Shown: positions 24,184-38,630, counted from the stretch's first letter. The stretch is 64,000 nucleotides of DNA from Podarcis muralis (GCF_964188315.1 NC_135662.1:78926001-78990000); one strand, 5' to 3'. The notes: generated by a model from the sequence alone, not told the origin. Numbers and translations are program-made.

Positions 24184-25277
24184 TAGATTGATAATGTGCT
24201 GGAGAGGAGGGGAAATGACAACTAGACAATTGGAAGGGATAGGATACAGGACAGAAGGGGGGAAGGGTCTCCGTTGGGTTTCATGATAGATGGTCATAGA
24301 GATCCCCTATTCAGGGAACCATGGGTCTCATGAAGAATTATTTTATTTCACTTACAGTGAAGGAAGCAAGGGTTGAAACCACACGAGCAGCAGGCCCATT
24401 CACTGTTACAACTCTCCACCCGCTAGCTACATTTCTAATGCCAAAATGTTAAGAAGGCTGAACCATTTCAAATTCAAACAGAATTCATTATCAAATGAAA
24501 GCAACTCTATTTAAAAGCAAAAACAAAAACCCAACACTTTGGTGTCCTAAATTTCAGCATTATTTCCATGCAAAAGAGTAAGAGCTGAGATTCTTCATTG
24601 CACTATATGATATTTCCATCACTCTGAGATGGACCAAATTGACATATGTAATAATTTCACTAAGTCTGGTAGCTTAGACAGTTCAAATAAGCAGCTTAAA
24701 GAATGGATGGCTCTCTAAAATACACTTTATTTCTTGGTCCCATCCCCCATTATCAATCCATGTGGGGTTCATGCAAGATAAACACATAAGACTATAACAT
24801 AAATAGCCTTTCCCCTCTGTGCTGTAAATGGGAAAAAATCCAGTTTACATATCACATTTTAACTTTAATTCTACCCCCTTTCACAGTGGATTTTCTCTGA
24901 AATTTGTTTGATACTGTTAACTATTGACTCAAACTCCATTCCCTCAATCAAAAAAAGGCTTTGCAACTTCTTACATGCTTAACTAAGGTGGTTTTCAGTT
25001 TGGAAGCACCTATGTACGAACATGAAAACTGTCAAAAGCAGGCTAGCACCTGACCTCTGATGTGCAGCTGCCCCAACACCATTGTAGACATTGGAATTGG
25101 CCATTTTAAGAACCTGCCTTTCAGGTTTTTCATAGTTTTACAAATGGTAGCTGCTAGTCTGGGGAGTACCCAGTGGGGACAATTTTATACCAAAAACAAT
25201 GTTCTAGAATGAAAACCTTTCTGTTGCATGTGAGAATCCTAAAATAATTTTCCATTCATTTTTATCTTCCTTTTTAG

Positions 25278-25538
<261 letters not shown>

Positions 25539-25758
25539 TGAATAAAGACAAGAATAACTGGGGAAATGGTTCTGATCCAGTGTCATTGTTTAATATTGGT
25601 GCTACTATCATTTCTGTCCATTTAGGACAGAGGGGGCAACAGAAAATAGAATAACAGTAGATTCAGTGCTGGAAATAGGCACAGCCCAGTGACCTGATGG
25701 AGATGGAGATATGGTGGGTCAGCCAAGGACAGGAATTGTGTACCCGTGTGTGTGTCAG

Positions 25759-25760
<2 letters not shown>

Positions 25761-25798
<38 letters not shown>
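25761..25798. repeat. (TG)19 microsatellite
   Basis: Read directly. Confidence 0.95.
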
Positions 25799-25801
<3 letters not shown>

Positions 25802-26690
25802 ATGCCTGTTAGAGTGCACAAATGTGTGTGGTGTAGTCACACCCAGTTTTGGCAACAACAACTGCTGATATACGCCCTAAAGCCCAAAAAAGAGTTAGCC
25901 AGCTGTGATTTAGGGAATATTTCATTTAGCATTACATTACTTGAAACAGCGTTAAGGCTAAGCACCCCAGATGAAAAGATCTTTAAGATTTCAGGAATAA
26001 TTAAATTAACCTCTGGATATTTTCTAGCACATAGCTCCACTATGCATTGATCGGTTTGCTTTCAAATGCCAAATAAGGGAGAAAAACTTTAAAAGATAGA
26101 TCTCAGGCTTATGCTTGTTTCCTCGTGAAGGCAAAAATCCACATGGATTTTTAATAGTGTATAATCCACATGGATAATTAAATTTATTCTGAACAAAACT
26201 TGTCCAAATAGCCTCAAAAATAAGAACATATGGTATGGTATTGCAGTACAGCTCTTCTATTTGCTACAGTCTAACATAAGTTTCTAGATCTATTTTCTAA
26301 CTGAATGAATAGTTGCTTCCATAATTGATGTTGAAATTATTTCTCTGTATGGCAGATTGACTGTTTCTAATACTGTTAACCTGATTGAAATTAGGAAGAC
26401 CATCCATACGCAATTACTTCTCTCAAGAAGAAAAATAGGTTGAGGCTAGAGCTCCTGATCTTGCCGGGAGTTGCCAACTAGCTTTCAGCTTACCTCAACT
26501 TCTGATTTGCCTCTTGCAATAAATTTGAAGTTTAGAAAATTCCATTTTTTTTTCCTTTTAAGCAATTGAAAATCAGAATCCACAAACCTATGGGACCAAA
26601 ATCTATGAAGAGGTAAACAGAAATCCCCAAGAAAGTGGAACTGATGCTTACATAGCTATACTTGTGTATGCAGATATGACATACATAATA

Positions 26691-27053
26691 GTTAAGTCAG
26701 TTAAGTCCAGTCGCAGACGACTCTGGGGTTGCGGCACTCATCTCGCTTTACAGGCCGAGGGAGCTGGCGTTTGTCCGCAGACAGTTTTTCCGGGTCATGT
26801 GGCCAGCATGACTAAGCCGCTTCTGGCACAACGGAACACTGAAACCAGAGCAGCACACGGAAACACCATTTACCTTCCCGCTGGAGTGGTACCTATTTAT
26901 CTACTTGCACTGGTGTGCTTTCGAACTGCTAGGTTGGCAGAAGCTGGGATCAAGCAACGGGAGCTCACCCAGTCGCGGGGATTCGAACTGCCGACCTTCT
27001 GATCGGCAAGCCCAAGAGGCTCAGTGGTTTAGACCACAGCGCCACCCACATCC
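26691..27053 (-). mobile_element. Sauria SINE, divergent subfamily
   Basis: Same scaffold with diagnostic insertions (ttgtccgcagacag; caacggaacactgaa) and a different head. Confidence 0.85.
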
Positions 27054-30000
27054 ACATGCATACATACATATAAATACAACTTGATGCAGTTATCGAACAC
27101 TATAGAAGTCTAAAAACCAGAACAATAAGCAAGTGTTTACAGCTGACTGAAAAGCAACCAAACAAAATTCTACATGCAGTAAATAAACACCTGTAATTCC
27201 ACCCTCAGCTGGAATTCACTTATTTTCAGCTAAATTGATTGTGTTGCTAGAACCCCAGTGACACTGAAGCAGACATAGTTTAATTCATTTTAGTGGGACA
27301 TGTATTCCTGCTCTATTTCCTTTTTATGCTAAAAATGTCAAGACTTTAATTTTATTTTGTCGCTTTATTCAGTTTACATTTACTAGCGCAACCGAGTACT
27401 TTCCATGTTTTCAGTTTATTCACTGTGGCTTACAGAAATTGTGCTTTCCTGACACAAAGATGCTCTGGCACGCTGACTCTTCAGATGTCTTTTTTTTTTT
27501 TTAACTTGTGAAGGTTCTTTAAGGATACTTAATAAAAAAATAAAATGAAAAGGGCTTAGAGGCCCAAGCATGTTGCACAGCATGCACTAAAACAAATGGT
27601 TCAGAAAACTTTGCTTGACCCATAATTTGTGAGTCACTGACACGTTTGCCTGTAATAGCTCCTAAAGAAACATTAAGGCATGCTGTGCTGATTCCTTTAG
27701 GGAAATGATTCAGGGCTAATTTGCGCTTGGGATTCTGTACATACTCTCTTGAATCTGTATGAGGTAAAAAAAACACACACATAGGTAGTCCCTCAGCTAA
27801 TTTAGACGTTATCTGTGTTCCATAAAGACACGTAATACTAGTGTGTTTTAATGAAGCCAACTGACACCGTTTTAGCCATCATTTTTGGTAGTTTCACATT
27901 TTGCAAATATTGGTGCCCCACAGAAGTCTCCTGAATTGGGAAGCTCCTCAGTGGTTCCTCAGGAAACCTAGATTCCTGAGTTATCACCTCCTCACTCTTA
28001 ACAGTTTGATTTTCTCTTAGAAGCTTCCATTAAACCTCATTTGTATCTTAAGGTTTAATTCCCAAATAGAAAGGGTTCAGTCTGTTTTCCTTAGGAAGTG
28101 ACTGGAGTTACCACCTTGTGTGGGAAAGGCGGCTATTTATCCAATGGTAGCTATATTTACATTTCTTAGCATCTCATGGTAGTTCTCTCTCCCCTGTTGA
28201 TCTCAGACTCTTTAGTTAGTCATTGGTTGAGAGAGATGGGGAGGATTTTCTAGTCTACGCTTTTTTCTCGAGATTTTGAACGATTGTGGGTTAAAGAAGG
28301 CCCAGCTTATTGTGGTCCAGAGGTTAGTAAATTTGGATTTCTGCTATCTAAGAAGTAAAGCCAATAAATCTTGTTCTCCATTACTATTTAATATCCCTAT
28401 AAACTGTGGAATCACCACAGTTGTGGTATCTATAGACATTAACCATTTCAAAGTATAAGAGGGCATTTTCTCTTGCTCGCTTTAATGTGCTGCCTTCAGC
28501 ATTGTTAAATGACTGATTTAATAAGATCCTGGTTAATAAACGGCTGTGTCTGGAGCAGAAGCAATAAAATCTATTCAACATGTCCTTCTGCACTATAGTA
28601 AGTTTAGAGGGAGGTTAATTCTCCCTCTACTAATGGATTTTCCTGGAACATCTCCTGCAAACTTACTAGTGATGTACTTAAGGGATGTTCCTCCTATGTC
28701 ACTGAGGGGATTCCCAGGTGTTCATTTTCTTAATATCAGTGCAGATCAGAAGATTTATTCTTTTTGCTGGCTTCTATCTAGAGAGGAAAAGAACATAGAA
28801 CAATTTGTACTTGTTTTATCTGCTGCAATATTTTAACTGTTGCAGCATAGCCTTTATTCTGTGCTGAATTTTATCAGTCTGTGAAAGTAATATACTACTA
28901 CTACTGTTTGGTTATACGGTATTATTTTAATTCTCAGTATTTAATGCATCTTTGACATAGTGTTCTAATCTACTCAGAAGTCCCATTGCGTTCAGTATGG
29001 CTTACTCCCAGGTACAGCCTGATAATGTTTTTTTTTCTGAAGACAGAATCATTCTGACATTTTCCTATTGGATATCGTAATTCCTCTGTAATATACTTCT
29101 GATTATACTCTGAGGCAACTTTTTTCTAGTTCTGTAATCATTCTCTGTCAGAGCTGGGTAAAGGCCTCTGCAGAGCTCTTCTTGTCCATCAGTCTGAAGG
29201 GTTTAATATCCTTTTCTTAGAATAAGGTGTGCATGGAACTGTGCATGTAATTTTAAATTTATGTTCACTGGACTGTTATACAGCATGAAGATAAATTACA
29301 CTATCTTCAGACTTTAGATTAGTATAGCGATAGAAACCCCCAAATCTCTTAGATTGATGTTTAATATTTCTAATAATGTGACTTGGGTTTTTCTCGGGGT
29401 TTCTTAACCATGGTAATATTTCTCAACTTCAGATTCACTCCTGCACTAAAACCTCCATGTATGATTATAATCCAACAGGCGAAGTAGGATCAGAAATTAC
29501 TATGTGCAGAAACTGTGACTATGGCTCCTATAATCTCCTTGATTCCTGTTGGCTATGGCAGCTGTATTACTGGTTTAATCAGAATACAATATCAAATATC
29601 ACAGAACTGCTGGTTAAAAATGTTACAGAGCAACATAGATTTCATTCTAAACCATTTTTCTAATGCAGCGTCTTAACTCTGTAGCCAATGAAAGACAATT
29701 CTCTGGATTTGATCCAGAGAAAGACGAGTGCCACTCTGCATGCCATTAACTGCCATCTGTTCACCAAGACGAGTCCCTTGCACATGCCCGGGAGTCTTTG
29801 GGGTACAAGCAATTATTTTGTAATGGCAATCTATTTTCAGAATGTTTATAACAATAATGGTTAAATGGTTGACATTCCAAGAAGTCCGCAAAAGAGTCCG
29901 TCGCAGTTTATTTGTGAAATAAATCAACGATTTCTCTTATGCCTCTCACAATATGCACAATGCATAGAATGCGTCAAAGGCCTAATTTTCACAAAACCAC

Positions 30001-30118
30001 AGAAGTAAACATTTCTGGACGTGAATAGTTCCTTTGATAGATAGCTTGTCATACAAAAACAAGCTATCAGATTCCATTCTACCTATAGTCTGGTGGGTAC
30101 AGTCCATATTATAGCTTT

Positions 30119-30592
30119 GTTGTTGTTTAGTCGTGACCCCATGGACCAGAGCACGCCAGGCACTCCTGTCCTCCACTGCCTCCCGCAGCCTGGCCAAACT
30201 CATGCCGGTAGCCTCGAGAACACTACCCAACCATCTCGTCCTCTGTCGTCCCCTTCTCCTTGTGCCCTCCATCTTTCCCAACATCAGGGTCTTTTCCAGG
30301 GAGTCTTCTCTTCTCATGAGGTGGCCAAAGTATTGGAGCCTCAGCTTCACGATCTGTCCTTCCAGTGAGCACTCAGGGCTGATTTCCTTCAGAATGGATA
30401 GGTTTGATCTTCTTGCAGTCCATGGGACTCTCAAGAGTCTCCCCCAGCACCATAATTCAAAAGCATCAATTCTTCGGCGGTCAGCCTTCTTTATGGTCCA
30501 GCTCTCACTTCCATACATCACTACTGGGAAAACCATAGCTTTAATTATACGGACCTTTGTTGGCAAGGTGATGTCTCTGCTTTTTAAGATGC
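30119..30592 (-). mobile_element. BovB (RTE) LINE, 3' fragment
   Basis: Minus ORF IIKAMVFPVVMYGSESWTIKKADRRRIDAFELWCW...EAVEDRSAWRALVHGV; 9-bp TSD tatagcttt (30110-30118, 30593-30601). Confidence 0.93.
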
Positions 30593-32544
30593 TATAGCTT
30601 TACCACTAGGCAAAAAAAAATCACACCATTCCTGGCATTGTTAGGGTGTCACTTCAACTCATCCCAATAATCATAGTTGACACTGAGAAGTCACCAAGGG
30701 TTATGTTTTCAGAGGATTTTGTAAGGATGAAGATCCCTCGGGATCTCGTTGATGTCATGGTCTTGATCCATGATACAAGAATCATAACCCAAAATCCTAC
30801 GGATAAACTCGACAGTATTAAAATGGAATATTGTAATATGAAGGAAGTTATGCCAGAGTAAATTGTGCATTTTAACAACGTGCAGTGCAACTGATATTAT
30901 TTCTTCAATATTTGCCCTTGCCTATTCTATACATATGCTCTATCTATTAAGGAAACAGTTTTTGGATCTGTTGGTTTTCTCCAGGTTTATGGTTATCATT
31001 ACTCTTAAATATAGACATAAGATGAATCAGATCCAAAATAGAATTTTCATTCTGGGTGACCCACCTGAAATCACTGTGACCTTCTGTTTTATCTTCTGTC
31101 ATCAATCATGAGCTACAACAGCAACATTTCACAACTGATAGACAGGTAAATCATGCTTGAGCGTCCTAGAGAGAGAGATGGTAAACCCTAATGCATTAAG
31201 ATCCAAGTTGCATAGAAAAATTCTCTCACTGAGTAGGCTGAAACTCGCAGATTGGAAAGCAGTTAAAATGTGGTTTTAATATATGTCTGAGGAAATGAGT
31301 GAAACAGCTTATGGCATCTGTAGAATGTCCTGTTGGTTCTTTTTAATCTGCGGTTATTTAACAGCAGTCCAGTCTGTCTATGAATATTAGTGTATACGTG
31401 TTCATTTGTGCTCTGCATATTACTCTGGCTTAATTTATCCATTCCATAGGATTAGAAATTCTGTATAACTCAAAAATGTACATAGATCTATACCAACACT
31501 AGCTGGCTTGTCTTAAGACGCCCCTGTTTGCTTTCTGTTTTCTAGTTCCTAGGTCACAGCTGCTGCCTAGACCCAACTATTGTCAATATTTTGCCAACCA
31601 TCCATATAGTTCCATATTATTACAGCTTATTGTGTTTATTTATGGTTTTCATCCTCTCCAGTAATTTCTTTTTCTGTCTGATAGATGCTCATGATGGAAT
31701 TTCTCTTGCTGCAAAATCGTAGCAGCTTTCTGGGAAGAAATCTCAAATTGCCTTAACTTTTGCATGCCCTCTTCACTTTTTAAGGAAAGAATTGTATGTT
31801 GCAGAAGTGCTTCAAAAAATATCTCCTTTCTGGCATGTTAATGGAGAAGCTGGCTTCAGCATCATATCTGCAGTCTCTATTTCCCCCTTCCTCTTGTTAT
31901 TTTTTATCCTATCAGTGTGAGAGGAAGGGTAATGCTAGATTCCTTTTCTTTTCTGTTTCCCTACTGTAGCAGCAGAAGCCCAACATCAAGCAATGTCATG
32001 TAAACTACTTTCATGAAAGGTCAACTAAGATGGAGGTGTCACTCATGCATGGTCTACCAGTATATAGAGATATGGATATTTGCTAAAGTCCTCATTATCC
32101 ACTAATGTGTGTTTAATTTGCAAAGCGAGAGTGCATACTCAGAATTGTCTTAACATTTAATTAATCAGCATTAAGTGATCTTGCATATGCACTTTGGTTT
32201 GCTTAAGAGCATAAGAAGGCTCCATCTAGTCAAGCATTCTTTGTAAGTTTCTCAGCTACCCACAGACCCTGGCTGAATCTAGACACATTAAAAAGAAAGA
32301 AAGAAACCTTACAGGAAAACGCATTCTAAAGCTCGTAATGGAAAATCACATTGAGGAAGGATCAAACTCTACAGCGTCATCTGGTGTCGCATGTTTATAA
32401 CGCAGTTATAACGATATAGTCGCCTGAATGTAGCTGAGCAACCTATTATTATTTTATTTAATGGTACCCTAATACAAGATTTCTCCAAGCAGCTTACACA
32501 AAACACGCACATTAAAACCATACCCTCTCTCCCCAAACACAAAC

Positions 32545-32794
32545 ATACCAGAAACCTGCATACAGGATCCATTCCGGAGCCCCGTTCGCATCCTGAATGG
32601 AACATAAGACGTGACGGCGCATCTGTGCGTGCGCGGATCGCGTTTTGCGGCTTCCACGCATGATGCCATTTTGAGTGTCTGCACCTGCGCAAGCATCGAA
32701 ACCCAGAAGTAACACACTCAGTTATTTCCGGGTTGCCGCGGAGTGCAACCCAAAAGCGCTCAGCCTGAAGCACATTCAACCCGAGGTATGACTG
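32545..32794. mobile_element. Tigger-like MITE, family B, inverted relative to 23932, one end degraded
   Basis: Ends caacccgaggtatgactg+TA; core is the reverse complement of the 23932 copy. Left boundary approximate. Confidence 0.75.
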
Positions 32795-33189
32795 TATCAT
32801 AATCCGTTGAAAGCCTGGGGGAAGAAAAACACCCAAAGGATGCTAATGTTGGGGCAGGGCAAGTGTTGCTACAGAAAGCAATCTGTAGATGGGTATGGGC
32901 CACAACAGAAAAGGCCTTCTCTCTTATCATCAGCCCCCAAACCTCTGTCAAGGGAGGATCTCGAAGAAGGGTCTCAGATGATCAACAAGAGTCTGAGTAT
33001 GTTATGGTCAGACAAGGCATTCCGTTCAATAGATGGACCATGGACTGACTTCTGCCTACTCCCAAACTAAGGAATCTTTTCTGGGAAAGGGAGAACATGT
33101 AGAAGAAAATAGAGGTTCTGGGCTGCCCAGACTACAAGACTCCCCTTGGCCTTGCTGACGAGGTCCAAAGGAAAGCAGAGCAATACATT

Positions 33190-33470
33190 TGGCACCAGCT
33201 TCGCTGCAGGAGTTGCCGGAAAGAGGCGTACAAGCAACCAACCATCTTAGGGACTCCGCTCTGGATTTCTGTAGCGTTTATTCCTTAGCCTTTGCTTCTA
33301 CTAAGCAGCGAAGGTTTAGGATCAGAGGTTTTCTTCTCCTAGATGGGCTGCCTTCCCAGGTTGACAAGCCCCCTCTGCCCCTCACTTCCCTCTACAGCAT
33401 GTGCAAAAACCACCTTCTTGATCGCTGGACCCACTATTGGTCTCATCCACTCAATCCTCCGGAGCCTCTA
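33190..33470. mobile_element. Probable old RTE-clade LINE remnant
   Basis: Motif ttctcctagatgggctgccttcccaggttgacaagccc resembles recalled RTE-type UTRs; boundaries uncertain. Confidence 0.3.
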
Positions 33471-33616
33471 CTGACATGCAGTTCTTTGTTTTTGCCACCT
33501 ATTGCCCCTATTGTAGTTTAATATATAAACCACGTAACGATTTCATGCCTTATAATAGGAGCAAAAGCATGTTAAAAGTGTAACTGATACCAGACTCTGA
33601 CAAATGTTAGCAGATA

Positions 33617-33845
33617 CGGGTTACATACGCTTCAGGTTACATATGCTTCAGGTTACAGACTCCGCTAACCCAGAAATAGTACCTCAGGTTAAGAACTTTG
33701 CTTCAGGATGAGAACAGAAATCGTGCTCCGGCGGCAGCAGCAGCGGGAGGCCTCATTAGCTAAAGTGGTGCTTCAGGTTAAGAACAGTTTCAGGTTAAGA
33801 ACGGACCTCCGGAACGAATTAAGTACTTAACCCGAGGTACCACTG
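33617..33845. mobile_element. Family D MITE, left TIR truncated
   Basis: Collinear with 11036-11285; ends aacccgaggtaccactg+TA. Confidence 0.85.
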
Positions 33846-34452
33846 TATTAGATTCTAGCTTACATACCCCTTTTATACAGAAAGTACATGTGAAAATGTG
33901 TAGCTGCCTCTCACACATTATATAGGCACACTCCCAAGTCCAGAATCAAAGCATCATACAACTACTTCATGCTGCAAAGAAATTTGGACATCATTCTCTA
34001 AGCGAGTATGATAAGCCACTTTCATACAACTTATGGTCCACCAGTGCGGGTTAAATTTTGCAAAGTCAAGAGTGCATGCCTCAGGATAACATAAGGCTCA
34101 GGACACTTTTGAAAGTGAGGTGGGTTTCAGAAACGGTTTGTTTCTGAGAGTCTGTTGCTGAAAAGCAGGTGAGTCAAACATCCCTCTCAGTATGCCTGTA
34201 GTAGCTCTTTGCATCCTGGCCTAAATTTTTAAAGATTATCTTACCTAAGCTCAGGGAGAGAGAGGGTTTTTTAAAAATCACTTCTTGGTTTCATAGTGAA
34301 AGGTGAGTTCCTCTTCTATAATTTTGCACCCTGGAGCAAGTTATTATGTGTCTTGGCCAATCTGAGTTGTCGTCCCCCCCCCCGCCGCCCCTATATTTAG
34401 TATCAGAGCATGAACTGTATTGCATTGGGAATTTTTTGGCTTTAACATAGTA

Positions 34453-34819
34453 CAGTGGTGCCCCGCAAGACGAATGCCTCGCAAGACGAAAAACCCGCTA
34501 GACGAAAGGGTTTTCCGTTTTTCGATGCGCTTCGCAAGATGATTTTCCCTATGGGCTTGCTTCGCAAGACGGAAACGTCTTGTGAGTCTTGCGATTTTTC
34601 CCGCTCCCCCCCCCCTTTTTCTAAGCCGCTAAGCCGCTAATAGCCTTTTAGCCGCTAATAGCCGCTAAGCCGCTTAAAACCCTTTAGCCGCTAAGCCTTT
34701 AATAGCCGCTAAACCGCTAATAGCGCTAAGCCGCTAATAGGGTTGCTTCGCAAGACAAAAAAACCGCTAGACGAAGAGACTCGCGGAACGGATTATTTTC
34801 GTCTTGCGAGGCACCACTG
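34453..34819. mobile_element. Family C MITE, inverted sister of 7706-8044
   Basis: cagtggtgccccgcaagacg...cgtcttgcgaggcaccactg; (gccgctaa)n internal repeats; TA TSD. Confidence 0.88.
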
Positions 34820-35759
34820 TAATGCATTAACGTAACACCACCACCCCAAAAAAGGGCTGAGCCTTCCATATGGAGAATACAGCAAATCCAGAAAGGAAAT
34901 CAGAAAGTTTTCTTCAGAATGGATCTAAAAGAAATAAAGAAGCAAAGGAACAGAAGTATGTGTATTTGTATTCCTCTGTCAGTCTATGAAACATTCTAAA
35001 GAGCACTTTTATTTTTCAAACAGCCTCTTGGATTCAAAGCAAATGATGGTTTTGTGAAGTTTTCTGCTGTGCCACCCTCCTGAGAGACTTGGCTTTTTTA
35101 TATGCCAGATAACAACGAATTGAGCCATAGAAACACTACTTGAGCTTCAAGGATTTCACCCTTAACTTCTTTGAAAGGTTTTAGCCTGCTAGTGATGTTT
35201 TGAAGGCTAAATTTCCCTAATATTTACAGTGCGGGAGTCCTGGTGACACCATGAACTCTAACAGCTCTCTCTTCTCTTCGACTCTCTTCATAATTTTAAT
35301 ATTACAGCAGCCCATTTTACATGGCGCATTGATACTTTTGTTTTTGAACCTTGTTTAAACAGGGCACCATCAGCAGTTTAGATTTCTGTTGTGCGGATTA
35401 ATATGCTGCCAGCCCAAAGAGGGCTGGAGACTGCTAACCCATTTCATGAAGGATTCAGGAATGCATAGCCCTTCCAGAGGTTTCCCTTCAGGGTTTTTTT
35501 TAAATGAAACCTCTTACCTGTTACCTCCAGCTGCCAGCCTTGCATAGCAGATTTGGGTTGTTCCATTGTACACAGCTGGTGTATTTTATCTGCCCACGTT
35601 TCCGGCTAGTGAAATTAGGATAACCTCTGGTTATATAACTGAAAGTGAGCCTATAGTACAAAACACGGTGGCAGTTGTATGATGTCCCATTAAATGCATC
35701 CCCATCCTTACATTAAAAGGTGATTTGAAGCTGTGTAATTTTTTTGGTGAGGGGTTATA

Positions 35760-35993
35760 CAGTCGTACCTTGGTTGTCAAACACCTTGGAATTCGGACGT
35801 TTTGACTCCTGAACACCGCAAACCTGGAAGTGATTGTTACAGTTTGTGAACTATTTTTGGAAGCCGAATGTCTGACGGGGCTTCTGTGGCTTCCGATTGG
35901 CTGCAGGTGCTTCCTGCAGCCAATCAGAAGCTGAGATTTGGTTTTTGAACGGACTTCCAGAACGGATTCCGTTCGACTTCCAAGGTACAACTG
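35760..35993. mobile_element. Family A MITE
   Basis: cagtcgtaccttgg...ccaaggtacaactg; collinear with 5696-5936. Confidence 0.8.
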
Positions 35994-37159
35994 TTTGTTT
36001 TATGTCTTGAAGAGCATCCTAAAACCACATGGTGAAGGGCCAAATATAATCCTATAAATCAATAAATTAAATCAAATAATTTTTTGGGTGGAACACCGTC
36101 GATTGAGCTTCCATGTTTTCAGAGAATTTGGTTCACACATTCTGATGTGAGCCATCAAATGTTGAATTACTGTGATGCACAGCATGTGTATGAATCATCT
36201 TTGAGAAATGCAAATTGATTCTCAACGAGCCCATTATGCATAAAGGTATTTACATCTCCCAATATATTTCCTCCCTGTTGTGATCTACTCCTCCTCTTAT
36301 TTCCCTTTCTCTTATTTTCCGTGCTGGGCTGGAGAAATGGGAACCACGACCTAGTTAAATTAAGAGAAAATAAGAGGTTGAGCAAACTTTGTTGCTTCTA
36401 TCACCTTTGCTTTCCCCAGTAGTTTCCTACGGATGTTAAAAAGTGTGTATAAAGCAGGCATCCATTCATTATTTACCACAATGGTATTTCCACTGTTTAG
36501 TCTAAGCATTGAATTTTATTGAAGGAACGATCATCATAATTAACAATTATATACAGTTTTAGAGGGTAAAAAGTGCTTCACATATATTATTATCTCAGTA
36601 ATTCTTAGTGCATACAGGAGGCAGGTAAATCTACCCAGCATTCTAGATGGCAGCTGAAACTAAAGGATGGTGGTTTTCCTGACGCCATCTATTGAGTGCC
36701 CAGTTCTTAACCTGGGACTCAAGTCTCCTGGCCACTCTGCTACATTAGACATCCTTTCACTGCAGTCCTTATTTTTAATAGCTTCCATGCCTGATAATGT
36801 TTCACTTTACACCCTGTTGGACAGGGATGTAAAGTGCTAGCTGCATCACTTAGAATATACCCCAAAGAGCCGCATGAGAACTGCTTCTCTGTGATGCAGC
36901 CTCATGTCATTGTGGTGAGCATCCTTCTGGGCCAACAGCAATTTGGCAAAGATGAGAAAGTGCTCGTGTGGCCATTTGAGTCCATACCACAGGGAAGCAA
37001 CTTCCTTACTCTTGGACTGCATATGAAGGAGAGCTCAAGGTCTGCTTTACCTGAAGAAGGTTGTCAGATAATAATTCCAGTTACTTGTTGCCAATAAGAT
37101 TTCTGTTCATAGTTCTTCCGTGTAACTTCGGCTAATCATAACAATAACTATTATTATTA

Positions 37160-37470
37160 AAGGTAAAGGGACCCCTGACCATCTGGGGTTGCGGTGCTCA
37201 TCTTGCTTTATTGGCCCTAGGGAGCCAGCGTACAACTTCCGGGTCATGTGGCCAGCATGACTAAGCCGCTTCTGGCAAACCAGAGCAGCGCACGGAAACG
37301 CCATTTACTTTCCCGCCGGAGTGGTACCTATTTCTCTACTTGCACTTTGACGTGCTTTTGAACTGCTAGGTTGGCAGGAGCAGGGACCGAGCAACAGGAG
37401 CTCACCCCGTCACAGGGATTCGAACCGCCGACCTTCTGATCAGCAAGTCCTAGGCTCTGTGGTTTAACCC
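37160..37470 (-). mobile_element. Sauria SINE, slightly 5'-truncated, flanked by an ~83-bp direct repeat
   Basis: Family match; lacks the first ~18 nt of the head and ~20 nt near the tail; flanks 37077-37159 and 37469-37551 are duplicates. Confidence 0.9.
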
Positions 37471-37540
37471 AGTTACTTGTTGCCAATAAAATTTCTATTC
37501 ATAGTTCTTCCATGTAACTTAGGCTAATCATAAAAATAAC

Positions 37541-37583
<43 letters not shown>
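37541..37583. repeat. (TTA)n microsatellite
   Basis: Read directly; expanded in the right-hand duplicate. Confidence 0.95.
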
Positions 37584-37586
<3 letters not shown>

Positions 37587-38059
37587 TTATTTATACCTTA
37601 CCTTTTTACCAGATGGGTCTCAGGGTGTATTCGTCGACTTCTGCTAATCAGTAGTACAGGTGCTTATGGTCCAAAAACATCTAGTGCAGTGCACTGACTT
37701 ATTATATTGCAATTTGACCTGGGTCCCCCCCCCCCAGCCTTCAGAGGTGAGGCAGGGGGCAATTGGAGAAAGGGCCGACCCAGTGATAGTGCCCCACTTT
37801 GGGACACCCTCCCGCAGACAGATCCTAGTGCCGGATTAAAAACTTTTTATTTCTCCAGAATTTTATTTCCTTTTGATGTACCAATTAGTGCTTACACTTC
37901 CTTTGTTCATGACAATTTAAAAATAATTTTCAGTGCTTTAATTTTACCAGCGTTGTAGTTGGGTTGCTTTTACGATTGTGTGCTGCTTTGAGATGATTTT
38001 AGTTGGAAAGTGACGAATGTGGAGTGTATGTTAAAGATAAAAGGTATATAATATGACTG

Positions 38060-38245
38060 ACTGAACATCAGGAAGAACTTTCTGACAGTAAGAGATGTTC
38101 GATAGTGGAATGGTCTCCTTCCAGAGGTTGAATGGCCATCTGTCATGGATGCTTTAGTTGAGATTCCTGCATTGAGGGGGGTTGGACTCGATGGCTCATC
38201 CAACTCCATTATTCCAACTCCGTGATTATGATTCTATGACTCTAT
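38060..38245 (+). mobile_element. CR1 LINE, 3' fragment
   Basis: actgaacatcaggaagaactttctgacagtaagag...gggggttggactcgatgg...ccaactc...(attctatg) tail. Confidence 0.75.
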
Positions 38246-38290
38246 ATTCAGTTCAGTATTCTTCTCTTCTGTAATTGCCATAACTAGTGA

Positions 38291-38497
<207 letters not shown>

Positions 38498-38630
38498 TGA
38501 ACCCTATGTCTCTACTTCGTCAAATTCTTAAGAAGCCTGTGACAGGTACGTTGAGTCAGTATATGAAAGATGGGTGCAAAACCAGGAATCATTGTTGTTA
38601 AAAGGTTTTTTAAAAAAAGAAACGCTCACG

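Noticed and set aside
29982-30566. 194-aa and related RT C-terminal ORFs (also 9655, 55260) as host genes
   Set aside because: 5'-truncated BovB fragments with TSDs; no complete RT or endonuclease.
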